A stretch of DNA of 64,000 nucleotides, from the NCBI GenBank assembly GCA_019244185.1, contig JAFATB010000010.1, positions 57,773 to 121,772 of the forward strand. The letters run 5' to 3'. The notes under the pieces were generated by a model, which was not told the DNA's origin, ran no database searches, and was given only the letters and a program-made list of their open reading frames with translations. Shown piece after piece: positions 59,045 through 64,000 of this stretch. Origin of the DNA: Acidobacteriota bacterium (lineage in GTDB: Bacteria > Acidobacteriota > Thermoanaerobaculia > Gp7-AA8). Numbering within the stretch: the first letter of the stretch is position 1; the number at the start of each line of letters is the position of its first letter. The translations under genes and the position numbers were made by a program.

Positions 59045-59578
59045 TTACCGCTTCCACGGGATGTCTTCGATGCCCGCCCGCGCGTTCGCGAAGCGTGCGG
59101 CGACGAAGAGGTAATCCGAGAGCCGGTTGAGAAACGCGATGGTCGAGATCGTGGCCGGCGTGTCGTCATGCAACGCGACGACGCAGCGCTCCGCGCGGCG
59201 GCAGACGGTGCGCGCGACGTGGAGCTGCGCGGACGCCGCGGCGCCGCCGGGCAGGATGAACGACTTGAGCGGCGCGAGCTCGCTCTCCATTTCGTCGATG
59301 GCGCGTTCGAGATCGGCGATGCGCTGCGCGTCGACGCCGGGAAAGCGGCTCGTGCCGGGCGAGGCGAGGTGCGCGCCGGCCTCGAAGAGATCGTGCTGCA
59401 CGTCGTGGAGCACGGCATCGACTTCGGCGGGCAGCGGCGTCGTGCGGGCGGCGCCGAGGACGGAGTTCAGCTCGTCGACGGTGCCGTAGGCCTCGATGCG
59501 CGCGTCGTTCTTCGCGACGCGCGTGCCGCCGAAGAGCGACGTCTCGCCGAAGTCGCCGGTGCGGGTATAGATCTTCAC
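59045..59578 (-). CDS. pduO: Cob(I)alamin adenosyltransferase (PduO type)
   Basis: KIYTRTGD.GET, YGTVDELNS, FILPGG, RTVCRRAER, LNRLSDYLF. Confidence 0.93.
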   Translation of the reverse strand: MKIYTRTGDFGETSLFGGTRVAKNDARIEAYGTVDELNSVLGAARTTPLPAEVDAVLHDVQHDLFEAGAHLASPGTSRFPGVDAQRIADLERAIDEMESELAPLKSFILPGGAAASAQLHVARTVCRRAERCVVALHDDTPATISTIAFLNRLSDYLFVAARFANARAGIEDIPWKR

Positions 59579-61545
59579 GCTTCCGCTTCGAGCTGCCGGA
59601 TGCGCTCCTTGACCACGATCTCCGCGAGGTCGGGGATGATCTCCCAGGCGATGTTGCGGACGACCTGATCGGACATCAGCTCGACGACGCGCCGCGCGAT
59701 GCGGTCGATCTGTTCGTCGCTGAGGTCGGAGCCGCGCGCGGCGATCGGGAGCGCGGGCGTTTCGGACGCGAACGCGGAAGACGAGGACGCGGCGGGCTGC
59801 GGCGTTTCGTCATGCGTGGCCGCGGCCGGCTCGGGTGCGGACTCGGAGAGCGCGAACGGCGTCTCCTGCTGCGGCTCGGGCGCCGACTCGGCGAACGGCG
59901 CGGCGGCTTCGGGGGCGGATGCGGTGTCGAACGCAGGCGCTTCCGGAGTTTCGAAGGAAGAGGCCGTGTCGAACGCGGGCGCGTCGGAGGATTCGAAGGC
60001 GGAGGGTTCGGAGGTGCTGAAGGCCGGAGAGTCGGAGCTGCCGAATGCCAAGGCTTCGGAGCTGCCGAACGCCGGAGAGTCGGACGTATCGAAGGCCGGA
60101 GCCTCGGAATTGCCGAAGGCCGGAGCTTCCGAAGTCCCGAACGCCGGAGTCTCGGAGTTCCCGAACGCCGGAGCCTCGGAGTTCCCGAATGCCGGAGCTC
60201 CGCCCCAGGCCGGCGCTGCCGCGGCGGGCGTGTCGTCGTCCCATGGCGCGGGCTCGGGCTGCGCGTTCGACGACGACGCCATCTGCTGCAGCTGATCGAA
60301 GGTCATCTTCGGGAACGCGCGCGTCTCGCCGCCGAACGCGGGCGCGTCGGACGACGCATCGTTGAGCGCGAACGGCGACTCGGCCGGCTCGTCCCACGGC
60401 GAGGCCGCGGGGGGCTCGGGCGCGGGCGTCGAAGGCGGAGTCGATGCAGACGGCGAAGCGGGCGCCATCTGCTGCATCTCCTCGAAGCTCATCTTCGGGA
60501 AGGCGCGCGTTTCGCCGGCGTAGAGCGGCGCCTCGAACGGCGAGGACGGCGTTGCCGCCGGCGGCTGCGGCTCGGCCGCGGTTTCGGCGGGCTCGGGCTC
60601 GCCCCACGGCGACGCGTCGGCGGGAGCGGGCGTTGCGGACGGCGTCGCCGCCTGCGGCGACGCGAGCTCCTGCATCTGATCGAAGTTCAGCCGCGGGAAC
60701 GCGCGCGTCTCGCTGTTGAACTCCTCGGCCGGCGTGGGCGCCGCGAAGGGCGCGTCGATATCGGCGGCGGGCGTCGCGGGCGACGGCGCGGCCGCGGGGA
60801 AGTCGTCGAACGACATCTTCGTGAACGCGCGCGTGGCGCCGCTGTCGCCGGCATCGGTCGCGGGCTCGTCCCACGCCGACGTCGCCGGCTCCGGCGTCGC
60901 AGGCGGGAAGTCGTCGAAGCTCATCTTCGGGAACGCGCGCGTCTCACCGCCGAACGCGGCCGGCTCCGGCGCGTCGAACGGCAGCTCGGTCGTCGACTGG
61001 CGCGTGCCGGCGGCGCCGAAGATGTCGGCGTCGTTCGGCGTGAAGCCCTGGTCGTCATCGGCCGTCGCGAAACGTCCGCTCGGCGTCGTGAACGGAGACT
61101 CCGGTGCGGCGGGCGCCTCTTCCATCCACGGCGACGGCTCGGGTTCGGGCTCCGGCGCGGCGGCGGCATTCTGCGCGGCCTGCGCGATCAGCTCTTCGAC
61201 CTTGTGGATGAGGCTCTGCGACTCGAACGGCTTGGTGACGACGGCGTCGCAGCCGGCTTTCTCGGCGCGGTCGGGATCGAATGGCTCGAAGGTGCCGGTG
61301 AGGAGCACGACCGGGATGTTGCGGAAGTCGGGATGCGACTTGATGTACTCGCAGACCTCGTAGCCGTTCTTCTCCGGCATGATGATGTCGGAGAGGATGA
61401 TGTCGGGGCGCATCTCGGCCAGTTTCTGCACGGCCCGCGCTCCGTTGTTCACGGCGGTGACCTCGTAGTCGCCGTCCGAGAACGTCAGCTCGACCACTTT
61501 TTGAATGGTGATACTGTCATCCGCCAGCAGGATTTTCTTCGGCAT
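59575..61545 (-). CDS. RomR-like response regulator: receiver domain, long acidic Pro-rich linker, conserved helical C-terminus
   Basis: ILLADDSITIQKVV...LLTGTFEPFD...TKPFESQ; C-terminus NIAWEIIPDLAEIVVKERIRQL. Confidence 0.8.
   Translation of the reverse strand: MPKKILLADDSITIQKVVELTFSDGDYEVTAVNNGARAVQKLAEMRPDIILSDIIMPEKNGYEVCEYIKSHPDFRNIPVVLLTGTFEPFDPDRAEKAGCDAVVTKPFESQSLIHKVEELIAQAAQNAAAAPEPEPEPSPWMEEAPAAPESPFTTPSGRFATADDDQGFTPNDADIFGAAGTRQSTTELPFDAPEPAAFGGETRAFPKMSFDDFPPATPEPATSAWDEPATDAGDSGATRAFTKMSFDDFPAAAPSPATPAADIDAPFAAPTPAEEFNSETRAFPRLNFDQMQELASPQAATPSATPAPADASPWGEPEPAETAAEPQPPAATPSSPFEAPLYAGETRAFPKMSFEEMQQMAPASPSASTPPSTPAPEPPAASPWDEPAESPFALNDASSDAPAFGGETRAFPKMTFDQLQQMASSSNAQPEPAPWDDDTPAAAAPAWGGAPAFGNSEAPAFGNSETPAFGTSEAPAFGNSEAPAFDTSDSPAFGSSEALAFGSSDSPAFSTSEPSAFESSDAPAFDTASSFETPEAPAFDTASAPEAAAPFAESAPEPQQETPFALSESAPEPAAATHDETPQPAASSSSAFASETPALPIAARGSDLSDEQIDRIARRVVELMSDQVVRNIAWEIIPDLAEIVVKERIRQLEAEA
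59920..60215 (-). repeat. Intragenic 24-bp tandem repeat encoding about 10 copies of APAFGNSE
   Basis: APAFGNSE APAFGNSE TPAFGTSE APAFGNSE APAFDTSD SPAFGSSE ... Confidence 0.85.
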
Positions 61546-61607
61546 CGATCGGCTCCGTTGATTTCGGAGCAACCTACCACGGCAGTGGAGACCGGACAAG
61601 CGTACCG

Positions 61608-62297
61608 ATGACACGGCAGTTCCTCATTTACGGCCATCGCGGCAGTCCGAAACGCTTTCACGAGAATACGATCGCCGGCTTCGAGGAAACGCTGCGCGCC
61701 GGCGCCGACGGCTTCGAAACCGACCTGCGCCTGCTCTTCGATCGCACCGCCGTGCTCTACCACGACGACGAGCACGATGACGACGCGATCGAGTCGCTGA
61801 CCGCCACGCAGCTCGCCGAGCGCGGCGCGATGGTCGAGCGCCTCGCCGATCTCTCCCGCTTCGCCGGCCGCGCGCAGATGATCCTCGAGGTCAAACGCGC
61901 GAAATGGGAGGACATCCTCCTCAGCCACATTGCGGAATGGCCGAACATCGTCCTTGCGTCGTTCGATCATTCCATCGTGCCGGAGCTCCGCAGACGCGGC
62001 GCGACCTTCCCGATGGGCATCACCTTCCACGGCTACCTCGTCGACGTCGCCGGCTACGCCGCGAGCCTCGGCGCCACCTGGTGCTTCCCCAACTACCACT
62101 ACGTCGACCGCGCCATGGTCGACTCGCTCCACGCCCGCGGCATCAAGGTCGTGCCGTGGACCGCGAACCGGCGGCGCGAATGGGACGCATTGTGGGAGGT
62201 GGGGTGTGATGGGGTGATTACGGATGAGGCGGAGGAGGCGGTGGGGTGGAGGAGTCAAAAGATGAATGAAGAATGCAGAACGCAGAAGGAAGAATGA
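61608..62297 (+). CDS. Glycerophosphodiester phosphodiesterase
   Basis: GHRG...ENT..GF, GFETDL, LEVK, SFD, PWTAN, DGVITD. Confidence 0.9.
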   Translation: MTRQFLIYGHRGSPKRFHENTIAGFEETLRAGADGFETDLRLLFDRTAVLYHDDEHDDDAIESLTATQLAERGAMVERLADLSRFAGRAQMILEVKRAKWEDILLSHIAEWPNIVLASFDHSIVPELRRRGATFPMGITFHGYLVDVAGYAASLGATWCFPNYHYVDRAMVDSLHARGIKVVPWTANRRREWDALWEVGCDGVITDEAEEAVGWRSQKMNEECRTQKEE

Positions 62298-62383
62298 AGA
62301 AAGGGGACGCGGCCGCCGGAACGGCGGCCCACCACAATTCTTCATTCTTCCTTCTGCGTTCTGCATTCTTCATTCATCTTTTG
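62256..62383. repeat. Heptamer-unit palindrome, copy C (perfect 46-bp arms)
   Basis: caaaagat-gaatgaa-gaatgca-gaacgca-gaaggaa-gaatgaa-gaa (62256-62301) and its exact reverse complement (62338-62383). Confidence 0.92.
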
Positions 62384-62439
62384 CTTTTGCTACACTTGCC
62401 GTCTTACCAGCATTCAGCAAGCCGGGAGGGTGTGGGCCC

Positions 62440-62637
62440 ATGAAGACCTGGGAATACAAGATCATCAACGTCCGGTCGGAGAATTACTCGATGGACCCGC
62501 GGCGGGCGGAAGAGCTCAACCGGCTTGGCGACGAGGGGTGGGAGCTGGTCAGCATCACCTCCATCAACTTCAAGACCGGCGCGACCGATCACATCGGCAT
62601 GGTCTTCAAGCGCGAGAAGCACGCACAGCCGGCATGA
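62440..62637 (+). CDS. DUF4177 family small protein
   Basis: WEYKII...LNRLGDEGWELVSI...FKR; SD GGAGG. Confidence 0.85.
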   Translation: MKTWEYKIINVRSENYSMDPRRAEELNRLGDEGWELVSITSINFKTGATDHIGMVFKREKHAQPA

Positions 62638-62676
62638 CCGCGCGCTGCCGCGACTTTTGATATCGTCGGCGGCCCA

Positions 62677-64000
62677 ATGGCGGACCGCCCCTTCCTCATC
62701 CTCATCGTGCTCGACGGCTTCGGCTGCCGCGCGGAGCGCGACTGGAACGCCATCGCCCAGGCCGACACGCCGCGCTTCCACGAGCTCTGGCGCGACTGCC
62801 CGTGGACGACGCTCGAAGCCTCAGGTCTCGCGGTCGGTCTGCCGGATGGGCAGATGGGCAATTCCGAAGTCGGGCACCTCAACATCGGAGCCGGCCGCGT
62901 CGTCGATCAGGACATCGTCCGCATCTCCAAAGCGACCCGCAATCACGAGCTCGCGCACAACGACGTCTTCGTGAAGGCCGTGCGCGACGCGCGCAACGTC
63001 CACCTCGCCGGATTGCTCTCCGACGGCGGCGTCCATTCGCTGCAGGAACATCTCCACGGCCTCATCGACGCCGCGCTCGAGCTCGGCGCGGAGAACGTCT
63101 TCGTCCACGCGATCCTCGACGGCCGCGACACGCCGCCGAAGTCCGCCGAGAAATACCTCGGCGACCTCCTCGCGCATCTCGACGGCAAGCCGGACGCGCA
63201 TCTCTCCACGATCATCGGCCGCTACTTCACGATGGACCGCGACCAGCGATGGGAACGCGTGCAGCGCGGCTACGACCTCATGACCCTCGGCGTCGGCACG
63301 CAGACGAAAGACCCGCTCGAAACCGTGCGCCGCTTCTACGGCCAGAACGTCACCGACGAGTTCATGGAGCCGATCGCGGTCGTGACGCCGGAAGGTGCGC
63401 ATCTCGGCCGCGTCGACGACGGCGACGCGCTGCTCTTCTTCAACTTCCGCGCGGACCGCATGCGCCAGATCGTCACCGCGTTCAAGGACGATGACTTTCA
63501 CGGCTTCCATCGCGCCGTCACGCCGAAGGTCAACCTCTTGACCATGAACCGCTATCACGAGAAGTTCGACCTGCCGGTCGTCTTCCCACCGCGGGAGATC
63601 CGCAACAACCTCGGCGAGGTGCTCTCCCGCGCCGGCCTCAAGCAGTTCCGCATCGCCGAGACCGAGAAATACGCGCACGTCACGTTCTTTTTCAACGGCG
63701 GGCGCGAGACGGTCTTTCCGGGCGAGGAGCGGATACTGGTGCCGTCGCCCAAGGTCCCGACCTACGACCAGCAGCCCGAGATGTCGGCGCCCGAGGTGAC
63801 CGACAAGGTTGTCGAAGCGGTTCGGTCCGGCCGCTTCGACGTGATCGTGCTCAACTATGCCAACACCGATATGGTTGGCCATACCGGCTCGCTCGCAGCG
63901 GCGGTCAAGGCGGTCGAGACGGTCGATACCTGTCTCGGCCGCCTGGCGGAAAGCATCGAGACAGCCGGAGGCACGCTCGTCATCACCGCCGACCACGGCA
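62677..64000 (+). CDS. gpmI: 2,3-bisphosphoglycerate-independent phosphoglycerate mutase (runs off the window end)
   Basis: LIVLDGFG, GLPDGQMGNSEVGHLNIGAGR, SDGGVHS, DGRDT, NFRADR, ETEKYAHVTFFFNGG, DMVGHTG; absent from the ORF track because no stop lies in the window. Confidence 0.96.
   Translation, partial: MADRPFLILIVLDGFGCRAERDWNAIAQADTPRFHELWRDCPWTTLEASGLAVGLPDGQMGNSEVGHLNIGAGRVVDQDIVRISKATRNHELAHNDVFVKAVRDARNVHLAGLLSDGGVHSLQEHLHGLIDAALELGAENVFVHAILDGRDTPPKSAEKYLGDLLAHLDGKPDAHLSTIIGRYFTMDRDQRWERVQRGYDLMTLGVGTQTKDPLETVRRFYGQNVTDEFMEPIAVVTPEGAHLGRVDDGDALLFFNFRADRMRQIVTAFKDDDFHGFHRAVTPKVNLLTMNRYHEKFDLPVVFPPREIRNNLGEVLSRAGLKQFRIAETEKYAHVTFFFNGGRETVFPGEERILVPSPKVPTYDQQPEMSAPEVTDKVVEAVRSGRFDVIVLNYANTDMVGHTGSLAAAVKAVETVDTCLGRLAESIETAGGTLVITADHG

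Noticed and set aside
59812-61611. 599-aa Arg/Gly-rich plus-strand ORF
   Set aside because: Antisense translation of the repetitive RomR-like linker

Overview
This is a GC-rich, gene-dense chromosomal window with about 55 CDSs and one tRNA-Pro(CGG). The gene content (acidobacterial-type VWA protein, PCRLxDTR-domain protein, IPTL-CTERM protein) suggests Acidobacteriota, possibly Thermoanaerobaculia; this is inference. Most genes are housekeeping: tal-pgi fusion, gnd, cardiolipin synthase, purB, rlpA, ftsB, ndk, gap-pgk, mtnA, panBC(D), pduO, gpmI, an AttEFGH-like ABC/lipocalin set, two histidine kinases and several peptidases. I found no prophage, integrase, transposase or CRISPR array. Features that stand out: (1) dispersed palindromes built from 7-bp units, with locus-specific variants mirrored in both arms, one arm encoding the signal peptide of the AttH-like gene; (2) two unrelated secreted proteins ending in the same RHRAVR[K/H] tail, a candidate sorting signal; (3) a SprT/YgjP-like protease ending in a beta-clamp-motif-like QFALF; (4) an orphan MbtH fused in frame to a DUF4149 membrane protein with its own internal RBS; (5) a PanD homolog lacking its catalytic residues; (6) a RomR-like regulator with repeated linear motifs; (7) a 1992-aa adhesin-like protein with an SD-sequestering structured leader; (8) widespread leaderless-type promoters, several overlapping the upstream stop codon. 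All family calls come from motif recognition by eye; no database searches were run.
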